Made by a program: the position numbers and the translations under genes
Source of the DNA: a bacterium
GTDB taxonomy: Bacteria; Hinthialibacterota; Hinthialibacteria; Hinthialibacterales; Hinthialibacteraceae
Direction of reading: 5' to 3'
Assembly (NCBI GenBank): GCA_016125385.1
Contig: WGLV01000015.1
Location: 2,555-66,554 of the forward strand
Length of the DNA: 64,000 nucleotides
Notes under the pieces: model-generated
Seen by the model: the letters and a program-made list of their open reading frames with translations, nothing else
The model's database searches: none
What the model was told of the DNA's origin: nothing
Part shown: in pieces, positions 30,636-40,058 of the stretch
Numbering within the stretch: the first letter of the stretch is position 1
How the letters are laid out: every line of letters starts with the position of its first letter

Positions 30636-31298
30636 TTAAAAAAGATGTTCGCCGCGCAGGTACCTCTCGGCGGCGTTGGGCGTTTTCAGGGCGATTTTCA
30701 GCCCCCAGACGAGGTTGTGCTGGCTGACGTCGAGTTCGAGCTCTTCCATGGCGCGTCGAATCGCGTCGTACTGAATGGAATAGATTTCATTGATCAACGA
30801 GTCGAATTGCATGATGACGGGGAGTCCATGCAACGCGTCGCGGCAGTCTTCGGAATCGGGAGAATGATGAGCCTGGCAGTTCATGGGCCGCAATCCATGA
30901 ATCGTACAACTGTGATTTTCCAGCAGCGGACAATACAGAACTTCGTGCGATTCATGAAACGGGCTGAGCAGGTCTGAATTTTTGATGTAGCGGTCGATAC
31001 GCCGCTTAAGTTGAGTCTGCTCTTTCTGCGGCCATTTGGTTTTGATCTGTTCGGCGATCAGGATGATTTCATAGCTGTGAGCGTTGACGGGGAGAAAACA
31101 ACAGTACGAACAACCGTCGCGGCAGGCGAGATTCTGAATCACGCCGCCGCGATGCAGCGAATCGATAAAGGTATCGATGTACGCGTAACACTCGCGCATG
31201 ACGGTAATGAACACCGACGGGCGCGAATTGCGCTTCAGCGTCCGGATGGATAGACGGGTTTTACGGATGATCTCCCGTTCCGTCAATTCGGTCAGCAT
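30636..31298 (-). CDS. YkgJ-family Fe-S/Zn cysteine-cluster protein
   Basis: CRDGCSYCC and CPLLENHSCTIHGLRPMNC motifs. The ORF is open to 31340. Confidence 0.82.
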   Translation of the reverse strand: MLTELTEREIIRKTRLSIRTLKRNSRPSVFITVMRECYAYIDTFIDSLHRGGVIQNLACRDGCSYCCFLPVNAHSYEIILIAEQIKTKWPQKEQTQLKRRIDRYIKNSDLLSPFHESHEVLYCPLLENHSCTIHGLRPMNCQAHHSPDSEDCRDALHGLPVIMQFDSLINEIYSIQYDAIRRAMEELELDVSQHNLVWGLKIALKTPNAAERYLRGEHLF

Positions 31299-31555
31299 GC
31301 GTCCCCTCTCCCCGTTGCGGCGGCTATTGCGGCCAACCAATACACAGCAATTGTGTTGAAGAATCCTACCATACCAATTTATCGTCTGGATAGGATGAAT
31401 TTGGTTTTTTTGCGAAATTCAATAGAAAAGGTTTATTTAGGGGCGCTGTGTAAATGCAGCAGGTTTCATATAAATATAAATAATATACATGAACGGATTC
31501 CCCCGATTCATACGGCGCGTATGAATCGGGGGCGTTGAAAATCTTCTTGTTCAGC

Positions 31556-33667
31556 TTATTCGATATGAAATCTCCGGACGCCGCGGACTATTTCATCATC
31601 GCCGCGCACCAGCTCGGCGATGAGTTGATATTCGCCGGGGGGCGCGTCAATGTTCATGGTAAATTGAAGATCGCTTTTTCCCAGAGCTTCGGCGCTGCAT
31701 GCCAGGCTCTGTTCGCTGATGATTGCGTCTCCTCGTTGGAGCCGGAGTCTCACCAGTCCACGCCATTCTTCATTGCGATCGTTGATGACGGAAACGGGAA
31801 TCGTTCTTTGTCCGGCGGAGATATGTTCATCCCAGAAATCGATCATCACGCCGGTGGGCGCGAACGCATCTCGCACGGTTTGTTGAAAATGCGGTTCGAG
31901 AACGAGGTTGGCGATATCGAGAAAATGATCGCGGGTCGCGCCCGCCGCGGGACGTTCCAATCCGCCGGGCCGTGAGTATCCCAATCCGCAGAAATGCATA
32001 ACAGCCGCGCATTGGCGGCGTCCGCGCCAGAGCTCGGTGAGTTCGGCGAGGTAACGCGCGTACAATTCTCGCCGCTGTTCGATGGTGGAGTTTTCTCCCA
32101 GAAGGCTGTTGTAGGCTTCGCGCGTCAGGCAGGTCGGCGAACCATCGCGATTAAGCCACAACCAGGCGTATTCATTGATGATCAAAGGATTTTGCTTGTT
32201 CCGCTGAACGTCACGAACGCTTGGGCGGCCATTGTTTCCGTTGAGTTCAGAAAGGTGAAATTCGCCTTTTTGCCAGTATTTGGAGAAAAAATAGGGATGA
32301 GCCTCGATAGAGTCGCCAGGTTGTTGAGGGGCGCCCCATCCGTTATCCCAGGGGCGATTCGACAGATCGAGATTTCTAACTTTCATCAGGGCGTCACCGG
32401 TTTCAGTGGTGACGCTTTCATTTTGCGCGTCCCAGATCACCACGCAGGGGTGGTTCCAGCGCTCGCGCATCCATTCTTTATATTCAGCCGCGATGGCGTC
32501 GCTTTTCAGTTCGGCGGGCCATTCGCTTAGCGACCAGATCGGGAATTCATCCTGAATGAGAAAGCCCAGCTCATCGGCGATGTCGTACCACGCTTCCGGC
32601 GGAAAACCGATACAATAACGAATGCAGTTCCAATTCATGCCGATGAAGGTTTCGTGCAGTTTTTTAACCCAGGCTTCGTCCCACGGCAGATTGCCTCGGG
32701 CGGCGTCCTCAAAAAAACGATAGATGCACACGTTGGTCCCGCGCATGAAGTATGGTTTCCCATTCAGCATCGCCCGTCCGGTTTCCGGGTCGAACTGAAA
32801 CGTGCGCAGCCCAAAGCGTACACTGGCGTCGTCCGCGCCGGTCGTGAGGTTCAGCGTATAAAGAAACGGATCCTCAGGCGACCACAACCGCCCCTCAGGC
32901 ATCGCGATGGTGTAATCGACAAGCCATGATCCGTCCTCCTGGCGTTTGGCGTCACCGATTTCGCCCGATGCGGCGCACTCGCCGCTTTTCGCTTCATGTA
33001 CCGAATAACTCAACTGCGGTGCGCCGGACCCATCATCCGTTTCAAGCACCGCTTGAAAACGGAGCCCGCGTGGTTCGAGAATGGGCGCCGTCTGTATGTT
33101 CGAGATTCTCGGCAGGCCTGTAAGAATCAGGCTGACCGAATCGTAGATCCCCGGAATGTATTTGTATTTTTCGAAATCCCATCCATTGGGCTGTGATTTG
33201 GGGATGGACCCGAGATGCGCGCCAACTCGAATGGTCAGCACGTTGGTTTGACCCTCGCCTTTTAACGCGCCTTTGACGTCAAACCAGCCGGGCGTGAAAC
33301 AGGCCGCGTGATCGCCGATGAGTTCACCGTTCAGGTAAACCCTGGTTCCATACTTGGCTTTATTGATCTTGAGCAGGGCTGATTCGGGAATCTTTCCCTC
33401 CACGGTGAATTCGCGTCGATACCAGAACGCTTCGCGCCGTTGACTGGGGATTCCCACTTCAAAAAAGTCGGGAGAACTCATATCCACCAGACCCGGCACG
33501 GGTACGACGTATGCGAATCGTTCGGGCATGACCTCCATCCCGCCTTCCGCGATGTTCCACCGCCCATCGAGTGATATGACTCGCCTCGCGCCGTCCGCGT
33601 GACTTTGGAGAAGGGGGAAGAGGAGGATGGAGATAACGAACAGGGCGGTTCGCAATAAATGCCGCAT
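31556..33667 (-). CDS. Secreted glycoside hydrolase family 2
   Basis: ISLDGRW sugar-binding domain, LWSPEDPFLY, FGLRTF, LNGKPYFMRG and WNHPCVVIWDAQNE (acid/base Glu). Confidence 0.88.
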   Translation of the reverse strand: MRHLLRTALFVISILLFPLLQSHADGARRVISLDGRWNIAEGGMEVMPERFAYVVPVPGLVDMSSPDFFEVGIPSQRREAFWYRREFTVEGKIPESALLKINKAKYGTRVYLNGELIGDHAACFTPGWFDVKGALKGEGQTNVLTIRVGAHLGSIPKSQPNGWDFEKYKYIPGIYDSVSLILTGLPRISNIQTAPILEPRGLRFQAVLETDDGSGAPQLSYSVHEAKSGECAASGEIGDAKRQEDGSWLVDYTIAMPEGRLWSPEDPFLYTLNLTTGADDASVRFGLRTFQFDPETGRAMLNGKPYFMRGTNVCIYRFFEDAARGNLPWDEAWVKKLHETFIGMNWNCIRYCIGFPPEAWYDIADELGFLIQDEFPIWSLSEWPAELKSDAIAAEYKEWMRERWNHPCVVIWDAQNESVTTETGDALMKVRNLDLSNRPWDNGWGAPQQPGDSIEAHPYFFSKYWQKGEFHLSELNGNNGRPSVRDVQRNKQNPLIINEYAWLWLNRDGSPTCLTREAYNSLLGENSTIEQRRELYARYLAELTELWRGRRQCAAVMHFCGLGYSRPGGLERPAAGATRDHFLDIANLVLEPHFQQTVRDAFAPTGVMIDFWDEHISAGQRTIPVSVINDRNEEWRGLVRLRLQRGDAIISEQSLACSAEALGKSDLQFTMNIDAPPGEYQLIAELVRGDDEIVRGVRRFHIE

Positions 33668-33865
33668 GATGCATGGACCTCGTTGAAGATGAATTCAGGC
33701 TGAATCCCTGTGGCTGCTATTGTTCAATATTCAAGCAGGAAGCGCAATCGCTCTGTGTAACGTGACCTGAAAAGGATTCCATCGTTGATTGTAGACGTTA
33801 GTGTCTTTATCATAGGCTTTTCATATTGGTCCAACCTTGCCGCGAATTGGAGAACGTAACAAATC

Positions 33866-34738
33866 ATGTTTACCCTGATGTGGTTCGTCGCCGCCGGGCT
33901 GGCTCTTGCAGTTGTACTGCAGGAGGCGATGGGGCGTCACCGGCTAACAATATCAAAACTACCGAATGAATACGCCAGCCGGGAAGCGCGCGCTCGCACC
34001 TGGGTGCTATTACAGCGCCAGTGTCAGGTGATGTTGCGCCGCCCGCAGAATTACGTCATTTTTTCACTGGCACTGATCGCGGTCACCGCGATGTTCGCGG
34101 CGGCGTACCAGGGATATGCTGAAAAAATATACGACGCCAATTCCGTTACGCTGGTGGCTCCTCAATTGCTCAATCTCTACCGCATGATCAGCCTGTTCGC
34201 GATCTTTCTCTTCGCGCCCATCATGGGCGTAAACGCGGTGATGCAGGAACGGGATGCGGGTACGCTGGACTTGATTCTGGCTACCGCTACGCACCCGCTG
34301 GAATTCGTGTTTTCCAAAATCGCGGCGTCGATGATCGTGTTGTCGACGGCGATCGTCGCGAGCGCGCCGTTATTGGGAGTTACCTTTCTGATGGGCGGCG
34401 TGGGGCCGGATGAAGTGCTGGTGCTGTTTGTGCTTCAACTCGGCGTGGCGGCGATTTCGATCTCGATCGGGTTGTATACGGGCGCCGCGTTCGACCGTTT
34501 TTTTACCGCACTGATCACCGCTTACATCATCGTCGCGGTTTGCGGCCTGTCACCCTGCTTGGCGGCTGATTTTGGCCAGCCGCGTGAAAATCCATTCGTT
34601 GCATTGTTCGGCGTCGGGGGATCACTGGCTTTTATCTCAGTTATCTTCACAACGATTCCCGGCCTGCTGGCTCGCGAAGTGAAAAAAGTGAAACCGATAT
34701 ATTGGCGGCCAATTCCCCTGATGGGTAAAGACATGTAG
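33866..34738 (+). CDS. ABC-2-type permease-like membrane protein, N-terminal half (ends at an in-frame TAG)
   Basis: Multi-TM protein with QERDAGTLDLILAT...EFVFSKI. It is in the same frame as 34835-35623, with a single TAG between them. Confidence 0.75.
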   Translation: MFTLMWFVAAGLALAVVLQEAMGRHRLTISKLPNEYASREARARTWVLLQRQCQVMLRRPQNYVIFSLALIAVTAMFAAAYQGYAEKIYDANSVTLVAPQLLNLYRMISLFAIFLFAPIMGVNAVMQERDAGTLDLILATATHPLEFVFSKIAASMIVLSTAIVASAPLLGVTFLMGGVGPDEVLVLFVLQLGVAAISISIGLYTGAAFDRFFTALITAYIIVAVCGLSPCLAADFGQPRENPFVALFGVGGSLAFISVIFTTIPGLLAREVKKVKPIYWRPIPLMGKDM

Positions 34739-34834
34739 ATATGGTCGTTTCTGGGAGCGCGGGAGTACGGCGATCCCATCCCCGATGGTCAGAATCCTGT
34801 ATATATTTGTGAGCGCGATCGCTATTTTGCTTCC

Positions 34835-35623
34835 GTGGTGAAGCGCGACTTCGACGCGCCCGCCCTGCTGGTTTTTCTTTCCTGTTTTTTCTGCGTCGCG
34901 TCCGTCTCGCCCCATGTCATGCTGAATTATGGATTGCTGGTCGCGATGATCTTCACCCCCGCGCTGGCGGCCACGTTATTCACCTCGGAACGCGAAGGCG
35001 GCCGTTGGGAAACTCTGCGCTCGACGCAGCTCTCTTCCACTGAGATTGTAGGGGGAAAACTGAAACTGGCCGTGGGGAACGGGCTGATTCATGTTTATGC
35101 ATTTTATCTGCCCGCGCTGATCATTCTGGCCATGTTGTTCTTCACCGCGCTGATGTTGAGCAATAATGGCGTGTTTCGCCTTACGTGGGATAACATCCCC
35201 CGCGTGTGGGTGGGGCACGTGTTGACGCTGGTGGTTCTCTCGCTCAGCGTCTACGCCCTCGCGGCGATGTCGTTCTGGATCTCGACGCGCGAGCGCCGCG
35301 CTTTTCAGGCGATCATGAAATCGTACGCGGCGGCGGCGTTTCTATTGTTTTCGCCCTGGTTTTTCCAGATATTCGTCCCCGGCTATTCCACGGCGGCTGG
35401 TTCTCAGAACGTGAATGGGATATTCCGATTCTTTCTGGCGATCTGGAACGCGCCGGTACTGTTCGAGTACTGGCCCAAAGCCGCCATGAGCGGCCCGAGC
35501 GTTGAATATGACATTTCGCAATTCTGGCCGCTATTCGCCGCTCATATCGCTTTTCTGGCCGCTCTCAGCTTGTTCTTTTATGAATCCGCTCTCCGTAATA
35601 TCAATAACTCACCGCTGGATTAG
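34835..35623 (+). CDS. ABC-2-type permease-like membrane protein, C-terminal half
   Basis: FTSEREGGRWETLRSTQLSSTEIVGGKL motif and multiple TM helices. The reading frame is open back to 34739. Confidence 0.72.
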   Translation: MVKRDFDAPALLVFLSCFFCVASVSPHVMLNYGLLVAMIFTPALAATLFTSEREGGRWETLRSTQLSSTEIVGGKLKLAVGNGLIHVYAFYLPALIILAMLFFTALMLSNNGVFRLTWDNIPRVWVGHVLTLVVLSLSVYALAAMSFWISTRERRAFQAIMKSYAAAAFLLFSPWFFQIFVPGYSTAAGSQNVNGIFRFFLAIWNAPVLFEYWPKAAMSGPSVEYDISQFWPLFAAHIAFLAALSLFFYESALRNINNSPLD

Positions 35624-35647
35624 CGCGGATACAGCGCCGTAATTCTC

Positions 35648-37006
35648 TTACAGTTTCAACTGATCGTTCCAGGCGTCCAGCTCCTTTTTGAGCGCCGCCG
35701 CAAGGTCTGGTTTCTCGTCGAGCCGATTCGTCATCTCGGCGGGATCGTTCTTCAGGTTGGCGAGAAATTCTTTCGGTGTGTTTTCAGACCGGTTGTCGAC
35801 GCCATTCAAAACCAGTTTCCAGTCGCCTTTACGGATGGCGCGCTGCTTGCCGAGACGCCAGTAGACGTGTTCGTGCGGCGAGGGAGAGCCGTGCGCGATC
35901 ATCGGCCATGCGTCGAGCCCGTCGATTCGGTCCGGCGCCTTGCCGCCCGCCAGTTGCATGAACGTGGGGTAGACGTCCATTGTCACGCCGATGTTGTCAT
36001 TCACGGCGCCTTCAGGGACCACGCCCGGCTGGCTGATGATGCAGGGCAGGCGTACGCCGCCTTCAAACAGGCTGAACTTGTGCCCGCGGAATCCGCCGGG
36101 GCTGCCGCCTTCATACAGCGCCTTCTGTTCTTTCGACATGAAATTGCGCTGTTCCATCGACGGCCCGTTGTCGCTCTGAAAGAAGATGGTTGTGTTTTCG
36201 CGCAGTTTCAATCGGTCGACCTCGGCCATGATCTCACCGATACAGTCGTCCAGCGCGGAGACCATCACCGCCTGATGACGCCGTTCGGGCGGCAGGTGAG
36301 AGAAACGGTCGAAATACTCGCTGGGCGCGTGCATCGGGTAGTGGGGGATGTTGAACGGGACGTAAAGAAAAAACGGCCCGTCGTGATTTTCGCGTAAAAA
36401 GCGTTTCACTTCGCGTACCACCAGTTTGGGGAAGAACGAACCGTTCTCCCATACTTCGGTTTCGTTGCGCCATAAGTCATGCCAGGGGACGCTGACGTTC
36501 CAGATGAACAGGTGGGAGTAATTGTCGATGCAGCCGCCGAGATGTCCGAAAAACTCATCGAAGCCGCGCCGGGTGGGGACGCGAGGCCCCGCGCCGCCCA
36601 TGTGCCACTTGCCGAATATCGCGGTGCGGTATCCGAGTTCTTTCATGCTTTGCGGAAGAATGGTCACGTTGGGGTCGAGGCCCTTGTCGTCGCCGCGTCC
36701 TCCCAGGTTTCCATCCACGCCGACCGTCTGCGGATAACACCCCGTCATCAATGAGACGCGTGACGGCGAACACACCGGGCTGTTTGAATACCACTGAGTG
36801 AATCGCGTCCCTCGCGCGGCGAGTTCATCGATATGGGGCGTCTGGATGTCTTCCGCGCCGTAACAACTGAGGTCGCCGTAACCGAGATCGTCGGCGTAGA
36901 AGATGATGAAATTCTGCTTTTTCGAAGCGGCGGCGTGAGCCGGAAATCTCAGGGCGCTTGCGGTGAGCGCGGCGGTTCCATTCATCAGAAACGATCGTCG
37001 ATCCAT
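35648..37006 (-). CDS. Tat-exported arylsulfatase-family sulfatase
   Basis: MDRRSFL twin-arginine signal, ADDLGYGD, formylglycine motif CSPSRVSLMTG and GKWHMG; AGGAGG RBS. Confidence 0.92.
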   Translation of the reverse strand: MDRRSFLMNGTAALTASALRFPAHAAASKKQNFIIFYADDLGYGDLSCYGAEDIQTPHIDELAARGTRFTQWYSNSPVCSPSRVSLMTGCYPQTVGVDGNLGGRGDDKGLDPNVTILPQSMKELGYRTAIFGKWHMGGAGPRVPTRRGFDEFFGHLGGCIDNYSHLFIWNVSVPWHDLWRNETEVWENGSFFPKLVVREVKRFLRENHDGPFFLYVPFNIPHYPMHAPSEYFDRFSHLPPERRHQAVMVSALDDCIGEIMAEVDRLKLRENTTIFFQSDNGPSMEQRNFMSKEQKALYEGGSPGGFRGHKFSLFEGGVRLPCIISQPGVVPEGAVNDNIGVTMDVYPTFMQLAGGKAPDRIDGLDAWPMIAHGSPSPHEHVYWRLGKQRAIRKGDWKLVLNGVDNRSENTPKEFLANLKNDPAEMTNRLDEKPDLAAALKKELDAWNDQLKL

Positions 37007-37152
37007 GATTGGTTTCCTCCTGTTTAATCGAGAACTCACGCCGCACGTTGACGCGGTGTTTTCGGTTATAGCATGATTGGCGAACGATGAATACGGCATC
37101 CGGCGCGTTCGGATGACCTGTTCAAACCTCGATTGCCGGGAGGATGTGAACG

Positions 37153-38301
37153 ATGAGAAAAATATTCGTAAGTTTTGCCGCGTTGGCCGGTCTCCTGTTG
37201 TGCGCCGGACCAGCCTGGGTGGAGCCTTTTAACGGGCTGGGCGTCAACCTGGGCAACCTGTACCGAATGTCCGATGCGAAGACGCGTTCGATCAGTCCGG
37301 AAAACTTCTCCGGCGAAAAAGGTCACGGCGGTCGTGCCACGGAAGGCACGGGAAAACACGCCGCGCGTGAACTGGGCAAAGGGTGGAAAATCTCGCCTTC
37401 GATCGAGATTAAATCGAAAACCACCTTCACACTGGCGGAAATCGATGGGCCAGGCGCCATTCAGCACATCTGGATGACGCCCACCGGTAACTGGCGCTTC
37501 TCGATTTTGCGCATTTATTGGGACGGTGAAAAAGAGCCCTCGGTCGAATGCCCGGTCGGCGACTTCTTCGGCGTGGGGTGGGGTAAGTACGCCCACCTCA
37601 ACTCGCTGGCGGTGTGCGTGAACCCCGGCAGTGCGTTTAATTGCTACTGGGCGATGCCGTTTCGCAAAAAATGCAGAATCACGATGGAAAACATCGATGA
37701 AAACAGCATGCACCTGTACTACCAGATTGATTACACGCTGACAGAGGTTCCCGAAGACGCGGGGTATTTTCATGCGCAGTTCCGCCGGTTCAACCCGCTG
37801 CCGTACAAAGAGGTATATACCCTTCTTGACGGCGTGAAGGGTAAAGGGCAATACGTGGGCACGTACATGGCCTGGGGCGTGAACAATAATGGCTGGTGGG
37901 GCGAGGGCGAGATCAAGTTTTATATGGATGGAGACGAGGAATACCCCACTATCTGCGGAACCGGTACGGAAGATTACTTCTGCGGATCATATGGTTTTGA
38001 AAACAAGGAAGAACATCGTTACGACACTTACTCGACCCCTTATGCGGGCTTTCATCAGGTCATCAAGCCGGATGGCTTTAACGTGTCAGAACAGCGTTTC
38101 GGGCTTTATCGCTGGCATATCGCTGATCCCATCCGCTTTGATAAAGACCTGCGTGTGACCATTCAGGCGCTGGGCTGGCGCTCGGGCGGACGCTACCTGC
38201 CGTTGCAGGACGACATTGCATCGGTGGCGTACTGGTATCAGTCCGAACCGCACGCGCCGTTTCCGCCATTGCCCGATAAGGATTCGCTTGAAGTGAACTG
38301 A
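37153..38301 (+). CDS. DUF2961 (GH172-like) glycoside hydrolase
   Basis: Signal peptide, RSISPENFSGEKG, GPGAIQHIWMT, WWGEGEIKFY, GTGTEDYF and YRWHIADPI. Confidence 0.88.
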   Translation: MRKIFVSFAALAGLLLCAGPAWVEPFNGLGVNLGNLYRMSDAKTRSISPENFSGEKGHGGRATEGTGKHAARELGKGWKISPSIEIKSKTTFTLAEIDGPGAIQHIWMTPTGNWRFSILRIYWDGEKEPSVECPVGDFFGVGWGKYAHLNSLAVCVNPGSAFNCYWAMPFRKKCRITMENIDENSMHLYYQIDYTLTEVPEDAGYFHAQFRRFNPLPYKEVYTLLDGVKGKGQYVGTYMAWGVNNNGWWGEGEIKFYMDGDEEYPTICGTGTEDYFCGSYGFENKEEHRYDTYSTPYAGFHQVIKPDGFNVSEQRFGLYRWHIADPIRFDKDLRVTIQALGWRSGGRYLPLQDDIASVAYWYQSEPHAPFPPLPDKDSLEVN

Positions 38302-38313
38302 TTGAGGAATACC

Positions 38314-38359
38314 ATCCTTCTCCCGTTTTTGACCGAACCGTCTGAAACGGGAGAAGGAT
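38314..38359. repeat. Perfect 15-bp inverted repeat
   Basis: ATCCTTCTCCCGTTT-N16-AAACGGGAGAAGGAT. Confidence 0.7.
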
Positions 38360-38407
38360 TTCCACTCGAAGTGCGCTATACTGAAATTGTCTGAATATTG
38401 ATTCCGG

Positions 38408-38629
38408 TTGAGGCTTAAATCGATGTCCGGCGTTCATCGCCCGCGTTTAAAACTGATTCCCGTATACTGCGTCAAATGCGGCCGCTTTCTGGCGGGCATC
38501 CCCGTGTTTTCATCGGCGGTATGTCCATCGTGCAATATCTGGAACTTTCCTGAAGGCGCGCCGCCGCGTCCTGTTAAGCCTGACGTCCCCCAACCGGCTC
38601 TTCCCGACCTGCAGGAACGCTTCTGGTAG
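38408..38629 (+). CDS. Small zinc-ribbon protein
   Basis: YCVKCGRFL...CPSCN (two CxxC pairs) with a Pro-rich tail. The start could be the ATG at 38423. Confidence 0.5.
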   Translation: MRLKSMSGVHRPRLKLIPVYCVKCGRFLAGIPVFSSAVCPSCNIWNFPEGAPPRPVKPDVPQPALPDLQERFW

Positions 38630-38739
38630 TTTCGATTCTCCGATATCACTCAGCGAATTTACCGGCTGCCGCGTTCTGTGTATCAAAAACAGATTGCGTG
38701 TATGATGCCGGTATTCATTTCATTGCTGGAAGGATTCTC

Positions 38740-40017
38740 ATGATGACCTGGAAAGAACGATCTCTGGCCGCGTTTCCCGCTGGCTCAAATGGTGAGTTTA
38801 ATCTGCCCGAAGAATTGACGATCGTGATTGGCCGGGGCGAGGGATGCCGCCTGTGGGACGTTGAGGGCCGCGAGTATCTCGATTTCTCGATGGGGTGGGG
38901 CTCCGGGCTGGTTGGCCACGCGAATCCTGCCGTGGTCGAGGCGGTGACGCGCCAGGCCCCGCTGGGATCGAATTTTTCCTATGTGCATGAAAACACCCTG
39001 CTGCTGGGCGAGGAACTGTTACGATTGAGCCCGGCGTGTGAACGAATCCGCTTCAGCGCGTCGGGTACGGAAGCCACGCTGTATTGCCGCCGCCTTGCCC
39101 GTGGATTCTCCGGGCGTTCAAAGATCATGAAGTTCGAGGGCGCCTATCACGGTGCGGCTGAAATCGGCGTGGTCAGCCTTTTTCCCAAAGACCCGCCGCC
39201 GTTTCCCCAACCGGACTCGACTGGAACCGGCGCCAGTCAGGCCGCGCTGAACGACGTGCTGGTCGCGCCGTTTAACGATCTCGAAACCGCCGTGTCGCTG
39301 ATAGAACGATACGCGGACGATTTGGCGGGCGTTATCGTAGAACCGCTTCAACGCTGTACACCGCCCGCGCCGGATTTTCTGGAAGGATTGAGAGAACTAA
39401 CGCGCGCGCATGGCGTTTTGTTGATTTTCGATGAAGTGGTCACCGGGTTCCGTCTGGCGTATGGCGGTGCTCAGGAATATTACGGCGTGGTTCCCGATCT
39501 GGTCGCGTATGGCAAGGCGCTGGGTGGTGGATACCCGATTGGTGCATACGGCGGCCGGGCCGACGTAATGGATCTCGTGCGTGAATCACGCATGAACGCC
39601 GCGCCGTATGTCTGGTCGGCCTCAACGCTGGGCGGTAACCCGATCTCGACGGCGGCGGCGAGCGCCGCATTGAGCGTGTTCCGCGAAGAAGGCGTGTACC
39701 CTCGGTTGCATACGCTGGGGCGCTATCTGCGTGAGGGGCTTGAACGCGTCATGCAAGATCAGGGGGTGGAAGGCCGGGCGATCGGTGACGGACCGTTGGC
39801 GCAGGCGGCGTTCGGCGCCGAGCCCGCCGTGAATTACCGCTCGACCCTGCAATGGAACTCATCGCTCGCGCGGCGGGTGATGCTTGGCCTGTTTGAGCGC
39901 GGGGTCTTCATTAATCCGATGGGAACCAAACTGTATTTATCCATCGCGCATGATGAACCGGTGTGCGATGAGTTTCTGAATCGTTTCTCTGATGCGCTCA
40001 AAGCCGCGCGAGAGTAG
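38740..40017 (+). CDS. Class III PLP aminotransferase (glutamate-1-semialdehyde aminomutase-like)
   Basis: LWDVEGREYLDF, SGTEAT, FEGAYHG, LIFDEVVTGFR and GKALGGG. Confidence 0.9.
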   Translation: MMTWKERSLAAFPAGSNGEFNLPEELTIVIGRGEGCRLWDVEGREYLDFSMGWGSGLVGHANPAVVEAVTRQAPLGSNFSYVHENTLLLGEELLRLSPACERIRFSASGTEATLYCRRLARGFSGRSKIMKFEGAYHGAAEIGVVSLFPKDPPPFPQPDSTGTGASQAALNDVLVAPFNDLETAVSLIERYADDLAGVIVEPLQRCTPPAPDFLEGLRELTRAHGVLLIFDEVVTGFRLAYGGAQEYYGVVPDLVAYGKALGGGYPIGAYGGRADVMDLVRESRMNAAPYVWSASTLGGNPISTAAASAALSVFREEGVYPRLHTLGRYLREGLERVMQDQGVEGRAIGDGPLAQAAFGAEPAVNYRSTLQWNSSLARRVMLGLFERGVFINPMGTKLYLSIAHDEPVCDEFLNRFSDALKAARE

Positions 40018-40058
40018 CCATATCCCTGTTTCCCATTCGCTTTTATAGAATCGAGTCT

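Noticed and set aside
34736-34738. Pyrrolysine or genome-wide TAG recoding, suggested by the in-frame TAG plus a corrinoid module
   Set aside because: No pyl genes or tRNA-Pyl in the window, the methyltransferase-related genes contain no internal TAG, and several clear genes terminate at TAG.
38740-40017. Calling the class III aminotransferase hemL
   Set aside because: GSAM-like, but divergent and paired with an MFS transporter rather than heme genes, so no symbol was assigned.
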